This document shows positions 48,401 to 58,255 of a DNA stretch of 64,000 nucleotides, in pieces. Positions within the stretch are counted from its first letter, which is position 1. Each line of letters starts with the position of its first letter. Location: assembly GCA_964188305.1 (NCBI GenBank), contig OZ076886.1; one strand, written 5' to 3'. Source of the DNA: Podarcis bocagei (Eukaryota). The notes under the pieces are model-generated. The model ran no database searches. It had not been told where the DNA came from and was given only the letters and a program-made list of their open reading frames with translations. The translations under genes were made by a program, and so were the position numbers.

Positions 48401-50011
48401 CAGGCCAATATAAAAATGTGAACCTATAAAGCTGCTTTCCATTGCATCAAGTGGTATCACAGCACTTTCAAGTGTTGCATGGTGTAAAGTAAAGGTAAAG
48501 GGACCCCTGACCGTTAGGTCCAGTCGTGGCAGACTCTGGGGTTGCGGCGCTCATCTCGCTTTATTGGCCGAGGGAGCCGGCGTACAGCTTCCGGGTCATG
48601 TGGCCAGCATGACTATGCCGCTTCTGGCGAGCCAGAGCAGCACACGGAAACGCAGTTTACCTTCGGTACCTATTTATCTACTTGCACTTTGGTGTGCTTT
48701 TGAACTGCTAGGTTGGCAGGAGCTAGGACCGAGCAACGGGAGCTCACCCCGCCATGGGGATTTGAACCGCCAACCTTCTGATTGGCAAGTCCTAGGCTCT
48801 GTGGTTTAACCCACAGCGCCACCCACGTCCCCCCTTGCATGGTGTAAATGTTGCCAAATATCTTCCTGCCCTCCACTCTGTTGTAAGAAAGAGGTTGGAG
48901 CAAAAATCAAGAATATTGAGGCTCAACTCCCCCCCCCCATCCATAAAAGCCATGTTGAAAACTAAAAATTGAGGCTGTAGGATCAGTAAATTGGCAACAT
49001 GGCTGCATAGCCCCAGTTAGCTTCAGACTTCTTTTGAAGCAACTTCGCAAGCTTCCACTCCGAAGCAGCATCTTCCTCTGCTGCCCTTTGGAACTGGTTT
49101 TTGTGATAGCCCTGGTGCTTCTGAAAACATGTTCCATCATGTGGGGCAAGAGCTCAGCGCAATGGCCTGGTTTCCACACCACAGTAAGTCAGAGCATAGC
49201 TTAGCAAGACCACATGAGAATACTGGCTTCCGGAGATCAACATGCGCTCATTTGGCTCCTCTTCCCATGCTTTTTAGGTCAATGGAGGAAAGCAACAAAA
49301 CCAAGGTTAGGCTTAGCAAGTCTTCCAAACCCAGCATTGTGGTTAAGGTCTCTCCACCTCAACCACAATCTCCTATAGTTTAAGGCCATGGTTAAGGAGG
49401 AGACACACAGCATTCGAGGTCAAACCTTGATGTAGCTGCTGCACTGCGCTGACCTAAAAAGCCCAGGGAGGAGCAGAGCAGCTGCAAATTCTTCCTTGGG
49501 AGCTACTGCATTTGCACTAAACCATGGTTTGCCTTAGTGTAGTGTGCTAATGTGGCCACTGTTCTACTGATACTAGAATAGTTGGGAACATCTGTGATGT
49601 TCATCTTATTCCCCAAACTATCAATGAGACATTTTTTACTAGCAGGGGGTTGGTTAGGCTTTTAAGCTCTTTCACTAGGAGGAGGAAAAATCAAGGGAGT
49701 TTGGGTAAGAAGGAGGATTAACGTCAGTTCGTTGTTTAAATGTTGAATTGCTTCCCTTTTCATTGGTTAATAGTTTGACCACACATGAGCAAACATTGCT
49801 ATTGCAATAAGAATCACTAAAGAGTGGGGGAAAGCCTCCAAATATATTTCAATAACAAACTGAAGAGGAAAGAAAAATCATCCTGGTATGGTGATGGGGT
49901 TAGTAACTTACCAGTCCAAGTGCTAGCAGAGAAAGTGCTTCTGCTGAGGCCATGAAGGCACCTCTCCAGTGCATGGTGGATCCTGTCCTCTGTGCACGTC
50001 GTGTGCTGCAT
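25211..50011 (-). CDS. PIK3R5: Phosphoinositide 3-kinase regulatory subunit 5 (p101), complete spliced CDS, 18 coding exons, 883 aa
   Basis: Exons: 49912-50011, 46216-46316, 41936-42004, 40926-41064, 37089-37158, 35934-36108, 35286-35442, 35080-35163, 34045-34786, 33252-33402, 32801-32926, 31860-31988, 30764-30857, 29302-29378, 28926-29019, 26792-26874, 26548-26660, 25211-25358. They sum to 2652 nt with GT-AG boundaries and consistent phases. The protein runs [22 protein letters not shown]...[13 protein letters not shown] and is colinear with human p101 as recalled. Confidence 0.97.
26033..26340 (-). mobile_element. Rearranged Sauria SINE (tail replaced by an inverted head, internal deletion)
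   Basis: Body aligns with the 5032-5376 copy; ends agggacacgggtggcg / cgccacccgggtccct. Confidence 0.85.
26548..26660 (-). CDS. PIK3R5: PIK3R5 coding exon 17
   Basis: [37 protein letters not shown]; 113 nt. Confidence 0.94.
26792..26874 (-). CDS. PIK3R5: PIK3R5 coding exon 16
   Basis: [28 protein letters not shown]; 83 nt. Confidence 0.94.
27942..27990. repeat. (CCT)n(CCA)n microsatellite
   Basis: Direct reading. Confidence 0.95.
28926..29019 (-). CDS. PIK3R5: PIK3R5 coding exon 15
   Basis: [31 protein letters not shown]; 94 nt. Confidence 0.95.
29302..29378 (-). CDS. PIK3R5: PIK3R5 coding exon 14
   Basis: [26 protein letters not shown]; 77 nt. Confidence 0.95.
29415..29768. mobile_element. 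Tc1/mariner (pogo/Tigger-like) MITE
   Basis: TIRs cagtggcacctcgcaagacgaa / ttcgtcttgcgaggcaccactg (2 mismatches), TA TSD, internal repeated cgcaagac motifs. Confidence 0.9.
30366..30485 (+). mobile_element. tRNA-derived SINE head (Squam3/MIR-like), partial
   Basis: gtgtaatggttaaga...ccgggtttgcttccccgctc...gctgggtgaccttggg; related decayed copies at about 16600-16800, 20180-20280 (minus) and 47010-47220. Confidence 0.6.
30764..30857 (-). CDS. PIK3R5: PIK3R5 coding exon 13
   Basis: [31 protein letters not shown]; 94 nt. Confidence 0.95.
31611..31654. repeat. (CGTGTG)n(TG)n microsatellite
   Basis: Direct reading. Confidence 0.95.
31860..31988 (-). CDS. PIK3R5: PIK3R5 coding exon 12
   Basis: [43 protein letters not shown]; 129 nt. 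Confidence 0.95.
32100..32285 (-). mobile_element. tRNA-derived SINE, decayed
   Basis: Minus strand reads agctcagtggtagaacacctgctttgcatgcagaaagtcatgggttcagtcc; related remnant at about 5690-5810. Confidence 0.55.
32801..32926 (-). CDS. PIK3R5: PIK3R5 coding exon 11
   Basis: [42 protein letters not shown]; 126 nt. Confidence 0.95.
33252..33402 (-). CDS. PIK3R5: PIK3R5 coding exon 10
   Basis: [30 protein letters not shown]...SCGSM; 151 nt. Confidence 0.9.
34045..34786 (-). CDS. PIK3R5: PIK3R5 coding exon 9 (large exon with acidic tract)
   Basis: [10 protein letters not shown]...[12 protein letters not shown]...DSGYVEDS...[24 protein letters not shown]; 742 nt. Confidence 0.97.
35080..35163 (-). 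CDS. PIK3R5: PIK3R5 coding exon 8
   Basis: [28 protein letters not shown]; 84 nt. Confidence 0.95.
35286..35442 (-). CDS. PIK3R5: PIK3R5 coding exon 7
   Basis: [22 protein letters not shown]...AAGLPEIT; 157 nt. Confidence 0.92.
35934..36108 (-). CDS. PIK3R5: PIK3R5 coding exon 6
   Basis: [29 protein letters not shown]...LREVLK; 175 nt. Confidence 0.95.
37089..37158 (-). CDS. PIK3R5: PIK3R5 coding exon 5
   Basis: [24 protein letters not shown]; 70 nt, aacag/gtaagt. Confidence 0.93.
38891..39378. mobile_element. hAT non-autonomous element, young and CpG-rich
   Basis: Perfect 15-bp TIR cagtgtttcccaacc and perfect 8-bp TSD ccttagac (38883-38890, 39379-39386). Confidence 0.93.
39804..40261. 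mobile_element. Tc1/mariner-superfamily non-autonomous element, GC-rich
   Basis: Imperfect ~27-bp TIRs ccatatttttcgccctgtaggacgcac / gtgcgtcctatagggtgaaaaacacgg, TA on both sides. Confidence 0.85.
40290..40367 (+). mobile_element. CR1 3' terminal remnant
   Basis: ctagatgacccctggggtctcttccagctctacaattctatgattcta, typical CR1 end. Confidence 0.75.
40926..41064 (-). CDS. PIK3R5: PIK3R5 coding exon 4
   Basis: [46 protein letters not shown]; 139 nt. Confidence 0.95.
41936..42004 (-). CDS. PIK3R5: PIK3R5 coding exon 3
   Basis: [23 protein letters not shown]; 69 nt, ctgcag/gtaagt. Confidence 0.93.
42422..42467. repeat. (AG)n microsatellite
   Basis: Direct reading. Confidence 0.98.
44052..44506 (-). 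mobile_element. BovB/RTE LINE 3' fragment
   Basis: ORF 44058-44489 [45 protein letters not shown]...[11 protein letters not shown], the characteristic BovB C-terminus, with a short caa-type tail. Confidence 0.93.
44838..44875 (-). ncRNA. Minimal hammerhead ribozyme motif in the inverted pLTR (sense to PIK3R5 pre-mRNA)
   Basis: Exact reverse complement of 45633-45670. Confidence 0.7.
45633..45670 (+). ncRNA. Minimal type I hammerhead ribozyme motif in the Penelope pLTR
   Basis: gtat-CTGAAGA-a-gtgtg(catg)cacac-GAAA-gc-TC-atac: core boxes, stem I gtat/atac, stem II hairpin, palindromic AGCT in place of stem III. Confidence 0.7.
46216..46316 (-). CDS. PIK3R5: PIK3R5 coding exon 2
   Basis: (A)[33 protein letters not shown]; 101 nt, cag/gtaaat. 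Confidence 0.95.
47461..47875 (+). mobile_element. L2-type LINE 3' fragment
   Basis: [28 protein letters not shown], typical of the L2 ORF2 C-terminus; ends in (tat)n tail. Confidence 0.8.
48485..48831 (-). mobile_element. Sauria/Squam1-type SINE, full length
   Basis: (aaaggt)n tail, body like the 5032 copy, TSD ttgcatggtgtaaa (48475-48488, 48835-48848). Confidence 0.9.
49912..50011 (-). CDS. PIK3R5: PIK3R5 coding exon 1 (exon starts at 50024 with 13 nt of 5' UTR)
   Basis: [33 protein letters not shown]; acceptor ctacag, donor G|gtaagt. Confidence 0.95.
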
Positions 50012-50095
50012 TTTAATTCATCTCCTGTAGATATAAAAAGAAGTAAGTCAGAGTTAGCCACACACAAGTGGTAAACATAAATCAAACCCAGTTTT

Positions 50096-50639
50096 TAGAA
50101 TCATAGAATCATAGAATCATAGAGTTGGAAGAGACCACAAGGGCCATCGAGTCCAACCCCCTGCCAAGCAGGAAACACCATCAGAGCACTCCTGACATAT
50201 GGTTGTCAAGCCTCTGCTTAAAGACCTCCAAAGAAGGAGACTCTACCACACTCATCGGCAGCAAATTCCACTGTCGAACAGCTCTTACTGTCAGGAAGTT
50301 CTTCCTAATGTTTAGGTGGAATCTTCTTTCTTGTAGTTTGGATCCATTGCTCCGTGTCCGCTTCTCTGGAGCAGCAGAAAACAACCTTTCTCCCTCCTCT
50401 ATGTGACATCCTTTTATATATTTGAACATGGCTATCATACCACCCCTTAACCTCCTCTTCTCCAGGCTAAACATGCCCAGCTCCCTTAGCCGTTCCTCAT
50501 AAGGCATTGTTTCCAGGCCTTTGACCATTTTGGTTGCCCTCCTCTGGACACGTTCCAGTTTGTCAGTGTCCTTCTTGAATTGTGGTGCCCAGAACTGGAC
50601 ACAGTACTCCAGGTGAGGTCTGACCAGAGCAGAATACAG
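50096..50639 (-). mobile_element. CR1 LINE 3' fragment
   Basis: ORF 50181-50528 [29 protein letters not shown]...[14 protein letters not shown]; (ATTCTATG)n tail. Confidence 0.95.
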
Positions 50640-52247
50640 TTTACTCCAATTTTTAGTTTACTCTAATTTTTCCAGTTGGTGTCTAGTCTGCTTCCCAATC
50701 TTCTTCTGCTCATGATCATGTAGGATTTTGAGTTGCCAGAAAAAGGGAAACAGTTGCCTTCATTTTGACTCCTCACATAACCCAACAGGAAAGCTTTGCA
50801 ACAAGAGGGTAAATGAAAATCCACAACTCTGCACTTCCTATACGTTCAAAAGGCATCAAGATAAAAGAGAGGAAAGGATCCACAGCTGAGCTGTGTTCTA
50901 CCATGTCGTTGCTCCTGTTCATACACATCCATTTTTTATACCAGGATTGGGGAACCTGTGTTCCTCCAGATGTTGTTGGACTACAACTCCCATCAACACC
51001 AAACAGAATGGCCAATTGAGCAGCTAGAACTCATGCAATCAGAATTTCAGGGCTACAAGAATCTTTGAAGTGACCTTTGAAGAGTCAATTTCCTTGCATT
51101 TTGACAGGAATCACTGCATCAAAGGGTTACCAATAACTTGTGCAAGTTAGACAAAGAGTACTTCCACAGGAGAGGTGCATCTAGGACAAGCAGCCAACAT
51201 GCCCAGGTGGCTTAAAGGTCTCCATACACACACAACACAAGACCATCCTTCTATGGGCAAGTTTACCACTCTAAGATAGCACCAGTACAGAAGAGATTGT
51301 GTACCCAAAGGAGCTCAGGATAGAATAACTAGAAAAGGATATATGCATCCCCACGTTCTCTCAACATCTTAATCACATTTTCATGCAAATGTCAAGGAAA
51401 GTGGTGATTGAACAAGGGGCATGATTCACACCCTGAAAGTGGCCTGGAAATAGTCTTCTCTTATGTCAGTTCCTTATGGGACACCACAAAGTGTGATCAG
51501 CAGAAGGCTTTCCTTCCCCAATTGGTCACGCACTGGCAGGAAGTCTGACCAGTCCTCATAGCAAATTTGGTCTCTCTCAAAACCCTGGGTTGTGCAATCG
51601 AGAACTGACAGCAGAGATAGGACAGGACATTCCCGTAATGTGCAAAAACCACAGGATGCAGATTCTGTTCCTGTCATCGTTTCCTAACATGATGCCACCA
51701 GAGACTCCTGCCTTTACAAATCAGGAAACGGCTTAGATTTCTATATAAAACTATATAATTATATTAAAGTCATGGCCATGCTCACAAGGCTATGCCTTAC
51801 TTATAATTAGTCTGCATGTAGCTTTTTTGCTGCCAATTCCCTCCTCCCAATCCCACTTCTGCTATTTTACTGCTCTGTTCTACAGATTTTTGTAAAAGAA
51901 AAAGAAAAGGTCCTGCATTGTTCTTTCCCCCTTCAGATCTTATGTTAATCTTTGCTTTTAATTGAATCAATAATATACGCACTACACACAGACTGCCAAA
52001 GGCTGTTAACGCCATATCTGAAGGTTTGGTGCACAACGAACCTGCAAGATCTGCACTGAACCTCTGTGTCATCTTCCACTACAAACAGAATCATGCCTGG
52101 CTTGGGTATCATGTTGAACAAGCATAGAAGCATTTGGCACGTGGCTTCCTGGGGGGGGGGGAGGCATTTTGCACCACACCGGCTAGCATTAGTCATACTT
52201 GTCATTGCCATCATTTCAGGCCAAAAAATAGGAATGTGACAAATTAT

Positions 52248-52432
52248 CAGTGGGTGACTGGCGGAGGAAGGGGGTGCGGTCCACCCCAGGTGTCATCCCT
52301 GAGGGGGGTGACATTGCTGTCCTGTCCCCTGGGTTGCTCGCCGCAGGCAGCGCCCCCCTGGGATGCTAGCCCTGTCCCTGGGTGCACAGCCTGTGCGCCG
52401 CTCCGGGTGCTGGAGCAGCTAGCTCCGCCTCT
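52248..52432. mobile_element. Degenerate GC-rich hAT-like MITE
   Basis: tggcggag near the left end and ctccgcctctg at the right end; no clear TSD. Confidence 0.4.
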
Positions 52433-53204
52433 GAGTATAGTTCATACATCTCCTAAGTGTGGTGGTTTCCATTTCCACCCGCCCACCTCTCATATCTATC
52501 CAGAGAAGACTCAGAAAGGCCTTATTTATACCTGAAGTGGATAGTTGCGCCTTGAGAAATAACCTCTCTGTAGTCTCCTCATTTCAAAGAGTACTGGAGC
52601 AGCATGGAACATTGTCAAAAATCTACAAACACCCCACTTCAGTAATGTGATCCATACTACATAGCACTGAAACCTATTCATCACATCTCCAGGTACAACC
52701 TGCAACATCAAAAAAGCCATTTAGAGCTGGGGTGTAAAGTGCTATAGACTCCAGCAAGTGCCTGGTTCATTCTAGGACTCAAAATTGGCAGGAACTCAAT
52801 TCTGCTGCCAAATTCCAGCCAATGCAGAATTTGGCAGCATATATATTCCCAGCTAGTTACTCCCAGCACCATTCAGGGGTTACTAATTATTCATCAAGGG
52901 CAATTGGCCAGAGTTCATGCTGTTGCTAAGTTGAAAGCAACTGTCACCACTCAATCCCTTTCTTTATAGCCCTATAGAGATAGGAAGAGTCACAAGCAAA
53001 ACCAAGACAAGCTTATGCATCCCTTAGTTAAAGAGATCCAGCGATGGAGCCCCTTAGATATTTCTCACCTCTGTATTATATCTTTTTAAAGCTTTTGAAA
53101 AAAGCTGCTGGAGTAAAAAGAACTAACTAGGGGTTTTTTTTTGCTGCAGGTTGTTCAAACCAAAGGGAGATTTATGTAGAGGGGAAAGGCATAAATTGGT
53201 AGTA

Positions 53205-53495
53205 GAGAGGTCCAGAAGGTGGCAACACTGAGAATGGGCCTTTTTGGCAGTGACTCCCTGTTTGTGGAATGCTCTCCCCAGGGAGGTTTGTCTGGCACGT
53301 TCACTATACATCTTTAGCTGCCAGGCGAAAATGTTCCTCTTCAACCAGGCCTTTGGCTAATTAATATTCTACAGCCTTTTAAGTAAGTGTGTGTGTGCGT
53401 GCGTGTGTGTGTGTGTTGGGAGGGTTGCTTTTGTTTAAATTATTTTGGGCTACTGATCTTTGGATGAAGGGTGGTATATAAATTTAATAAATAAT
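53205..53495 (+). mobile_element. Older L2-like 3' fragment
   Basis: gggcctttttggcagtgactccctgtttgtggaatgctctccc... and tail agggtggtatataaatttaataaataa. Confidence 0.5.
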
Positions 53496-54199
53496 GATAA
53501 TAAACAATAAAATAGTTGTTATTATTACTACTGGGCCAAAATAAGCAGCTTACAACTATGCAATCAGTACATAACTAAAACACACAACAATTCTATTGGG
53601 GCAAAAACCAGTTACAGGGGAAGTTCAGTTCAGGGGAATGCTTGCCTAAACAGGTGGTGCCTACAGGAGCCAGCGGAATGCCAATACTGATAGGGCCCCT
53701 CTTATTTCAGCAGGGACAGCATTCCACAACACCAGTGCCACCAGTGAATATAAGTTTAGGAATATAAAGGGAGGGAGAAGCCACTAAAGTGTCTTCTGTA
53801 TAGGAAGTAGCCTCAAGGGTAGGTTCACACATATGCTTTCATTATTCCATCAAGGAAATATTTCCATGTATGAAACAGTCAGATAGTTCACACTGAGTAC
53901 CACCTCAAACAGAATACCCTGCTGGGCAGTGAAATGTCAAGACATGTATACACATGTGCAAAAAAGCATTAAGCGGGAGGAGGAATAAGATTGATTTTTA
54001 TCTGTCTTACCCACCCACTTCCTGGAGATGGCAAGGGTAAAAAAGGGAAAGTTGTGTCATATATGGTGTGAATGTCAATTAGCAAAAGCAGGTGGGGGAA
54101 TTATCCTATAATAGTTGTTATTAGACAAGATCTATCCTGGCCCATATGTCTGCCTGGGCTAAACTACATGGGTAGCTTAATTCATCAGGAATATAGCCT

Positions 54200-54470
54200 T
54201 GTACATACTTAAAACAACAAGAACCTTATATGCCAAAATATGGTGACTAGAAGTTATGCCTTCAAAAAGTGACACAAAAGACATGGGAATTTGTGCTTAC
54301 AATGGAATTAATGGATTATATCAGAAAGAAAGAAAGAAAAATATCAATGGTAGGATTCATAACAAAGGGATCTTGTTTTCTGAATATAAAAGGATTTGCT
54401 GCTTTCAACCACTCACCTAAGTTAATATTTGACTTTATTTATTTATTTATTTTGGTTTTGGTTTTTTAAA
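54200..54470 (+). mobile_element. Possible decayed L1 3' remnant
   Basis: acaacaagaaccttatatgccaaaatatgg (TTRTLYAKIW) resembles TAARILIAKYW of the intact L1; AT-rich; heavily degraded. Confidence 0.3.
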
Positions 54471-56995
54471 AGAAAAGAAAACCACATGTGTGAGGAATAT
54501 TATCTATCACCTTATAATAATAGAAATGAGTTATATTTTATGTTAGAAATTACTTGTATTTAGAAAAGATTGTGTTTTGTTGGTTTTCAGTTTCAATTTA
54601 ATTTTTTTGCATTTACATTTACATTTCAAGTAGTTCTTACATTGAATGCCTAATGGATGGCGAGAAGAAGGAACATTGGCAGCATGACAAGTGAAAAATG
54701 GGTACTCCTGCAGAACTGTTGCAGAGCAGAATCTTGCTGATAAAGGCCCTATCTACAATTCACTTATACACGCTGATGATAAAAAACAAAACAAGGAAAC
54801 CAAAACGGTACAACATAGGGCGGGTTTCAACTTTCTGAAATCAGCTAAATCAAAAGGGTTCAAAAGTCACCAAAAGGCTGGTAGAGAACAGAATGATGCC
54901 TTATATTACAGTGGTATCTTCTATCATACAAGTGTCCCTAGAAACCCAAGGGAATGTTATGCCTGATTCAAGTTTTTAAACAGTTGCTTGGTTCTGGGCA
55001 AAGAAGAACAATGTCCATACAAGCAAGCTTTCCTGAACCAAAAGATAAGCAAGGATTCCTCCAGATGATCTTTACAGCTTTCCCAGCTTTATGAATAAGT
55101 CTCTGCTACAGGTGTCTACTTTGCATTGTTTTTAAAACACTTTTGTTATATTTTTGTGCTGCTTTTAAAAGCTGTTTTTAGTTTATCCTGTACATCACTC
55201 TAAGACACATGTGTGGAAGCCGATTAATAAGAATAATAAAGTCATTCTGATCTGCTTGTACAGGTGTTACATTGTATCCAGTCTTTTTAAACATTCTTTC
55301 CCATTAGTTTGTAGGGATATTATACGACAATGAGCATTCAAGCTGCATTCATCGTTATTTGCTTGTGTCTTCATGTTAACCATTTGTTCATTCCATACTT
55401 TCCAGTGCATTTGACCATTACTTTCCCAGCTGCAAAATATCTGTTTCTTTCTTTGTGCTAGGGCAACAGAATGCTTTAATCCTCTTCAAATTGCATAAAC
55501 CCACTATATTGCAATTATATGCAATATAATGCCATTACCAAGCAAATTTATTGAAAGATGGGTCCTGTTCATTGAATTTAGGAATCACAAATGAAACACC
55601 TCTTTATAATTTGTTCACACAGCCCAGGGCCTCCATACACACTGTCCAGGCTTGCACCCTGGAGAGTTCACTTCATAGCTGCTAACACAGCAAAACAATT
55701 CAGGAGGCTGCTGTTATGAGTTACCAGTCTCTGCAGCCACAGCAGGCGCTGTGATTCTCCATCCCTGGAGGCGCATTCCAGTCTCTCTCAAGGTAGTTGG
55801 ATGCCAGCGACAATTTTAATTTTCTTTCACACTGAAATCACTTCTACATGTTCTTTAAAAAAAAAACTTTTCCTTGCTACTATTTACTTTTTATTATTGA
55901 ACTGTGTTTTTTTAATGCATAAACTCTAATTTCCTGATATGTGCTTGAATTGCTCCCACAACTCAATACTGACATTCTAGAGGCATCCAGGTTCCCTTTC
56001 TACTCAAACCCACCTCTTTTTCAGCCACTGGTGTGCAATGAGCTAGGTGTGGGTAGTCAAGTAACAGCGGTGGACTCATTCCCAGAGTCGTTCAGTCGGT
56101 GGGAGATTATGCTCAATCCCAAAAATGTAAGACGCTAAACATGACTAGCCTGAAGAGCTAAAGAAAGAGATTACCCAAGGTTTAGCTCTTTGTGATCCCA
56201 CTCATGCAGAAACTCCTGAATAATGAGGGCCAACAAGTATTCTTGGCTACTGTTCAACAATTGATGATTTTCTTTTCCCTAGGAGATTTGACCCCCCCAA
56301 AATATAAGCCTTTTCCAGGGGCAACATAAACACACCTTTGTATGTAGATTGACATTTGCTTACCACAGTCACATGCATACAGAACTCCCCTAGACTAGCT
56401 GTTCTTTTAATATTTCCATTTTTTTGCAGAGTATGCACACTCAAGAGGTTTATGAGTTCACAAGTCTAAAGTCACATTATGTTAATGCGTCAACTGATTA
56501 ACATTCTTCCCTAAAGCAGGACTGGCTCATGGACAACCATGTTTTATGAACCGCACTCAAAGTACAGCCAAAGCATGTACTGGAGGATGGAGGGCAGAAA
56601 TGAGCAGCTTTGGCTTTCAACCCAAGAAAGCATCACCATTGCTTTGGTGAATAGGCCATTGGCCTACACAAAGAAGACTCCTGGGGGCCACTACATTGAT
56701 GCTGATTTTTCATTAAGTAACATTATTATGACATGATAGGCCTGCCATTCTGAAATGGAATAGTTAGTCTGCTGCATAACACAGGGATTCTTAAAGGGAT
56801 AGGCCTCCTATAAAAAAACTGACAACAGAAGTCTTAATTCTCCTCTTATCTTTGAACTACGCACTCCCTATAAACTAGCTGTGACTAACCTGGACTCCAG
56901 CTTCCATCAATCCCAAACAGCATGGTCAGTAATCAGGGATGATGGGCACTGTAGTGCAACAATATCTGGTGGGCCAAAGGTCAGTTATCCCAATA

Positions 56996-57237
56996 CAGTG
57001 GTACCTCGGGTTAAGTGCTTAATTCGTTCCAGAGGTCCGTACTTAACCTGAAACTGTTCTTAACCTGAAGCAGCACTTTAGCTAAGGGGGCCTCCTGCTG
57101 CTGCTGCACCGCCGGAGCACGATTTCTGTTCTTATCCTGAAGCAAAGTTCTTAACCTGAAGCACTATTTCTGGGTTAGCGGAGTCTGTAACCTGAAGCGT
57201 ATGTAACCTGAAGCATATGTAACCCGAGGTACCACTG
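56996..57237. mobile_element. Tc1/mariner (pogo/Tigger-like) MITE
   Basis: Perfect 18-bp TIR cagtggtacctcgggtta, TA TSD, internal taacctgaa repeats. Confidence 0.92.
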
Positions 57238-58086
57238 TATAAACCATGATGATTAAATAAATATACTTCACTCACAAAATATAATTTTTAAGTAAAGAAA
57301 GAAAGAAAAGAAAGTAGAGGGACTGAGCTTATTTCTAAATTGCAGCACTGGAAACCCATCTTCTGGTCAGAGATTTACTTGGAAGAAGCCATAACAACCA
57401 CAGTCAAAGCCTTGCCATTTATCCCTGCTCTTGCAAATTTAGCTATCGGGAAGCAGTATTTTCCAAGTCTAGACTCCACAGCATCAGACTTGCACATGAT
57501 GAATGCAGTCTATTTCCTAATTACCTAGAGTATGTTTTTGTGTGCATATAAAGTTTGCTGTCATTAAGTGAATTGAAAGAGGAAACACAACAGGAAGGAG
57601 AACATGGCTAGGGATAATATCACCACTGCATAAATTCCTTCTGCTGAAGGTAAAGCAGAACAGAACAGCAAGGCTTCAAAACTCCATACTGGCGATTAAA
57701 AGTATTAGCTCAAGGTTCAGAACCAAGTGTCTGGAAACTGCAATCTTGACAAACCAGGCGAATAGTGCACATGTGTGAAGAGTGTGTGCTACCTTCTTAC
57801 AATTAGCAAAGGCCAAACCCACTAAGTAAGAGATACTGTTGATCCTTCTCTATGAAAGCAAACTCTATGGTCTCTAAGGCCAGGGTGAGAAACTTTTTTC
57901 AGATCACAGACCACACATTCCCTTCCAGGGGCCACCTGCCAGTGGTGGTTCAGGCCAGAGGAAGAAGTGGGCGGAGCAACACAGCCACTCTTACATTTGT
58001 ACAGTAGGCTACATTCCAGCTACACAACACTCAATGGCTTCTATATAGCAGGGATAGTCAATGTGGTGCTTTCCCGATGTTGCTAG

Positions 58087-58255
58087 CAGTGGCGTAGCGT
58101 GGGTTGTCAGCACCCGGGGCAAGGCAAGTAATTTGCACCCCCTAGCCCGTGGATTTGCGCCCCCTAACCCGTGGATTTGCGCCCCCTAACCCTAACCCCC
58201 AGATGTTGCGCCCGGTGCGGCCGTCCCCCCCTGCACCCCCCACGCTACGCCACTG
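58087..58255. mobile_element. hAT MITE nested in an older MITE
   Basis: Perfect 17-bp TIR cagtggcgtagcgtggg, 8-bp TSD gttgctag (58079-58086, 58256-58263). Confidence 0.92.

Noticed and set aside
57040-57225. Spaced taacctgaag repeats resembling a CRISPR-like array
   Set aside because: Short, irregularly spaced, inside a MITE in a vertebrate genome; no cas genes.
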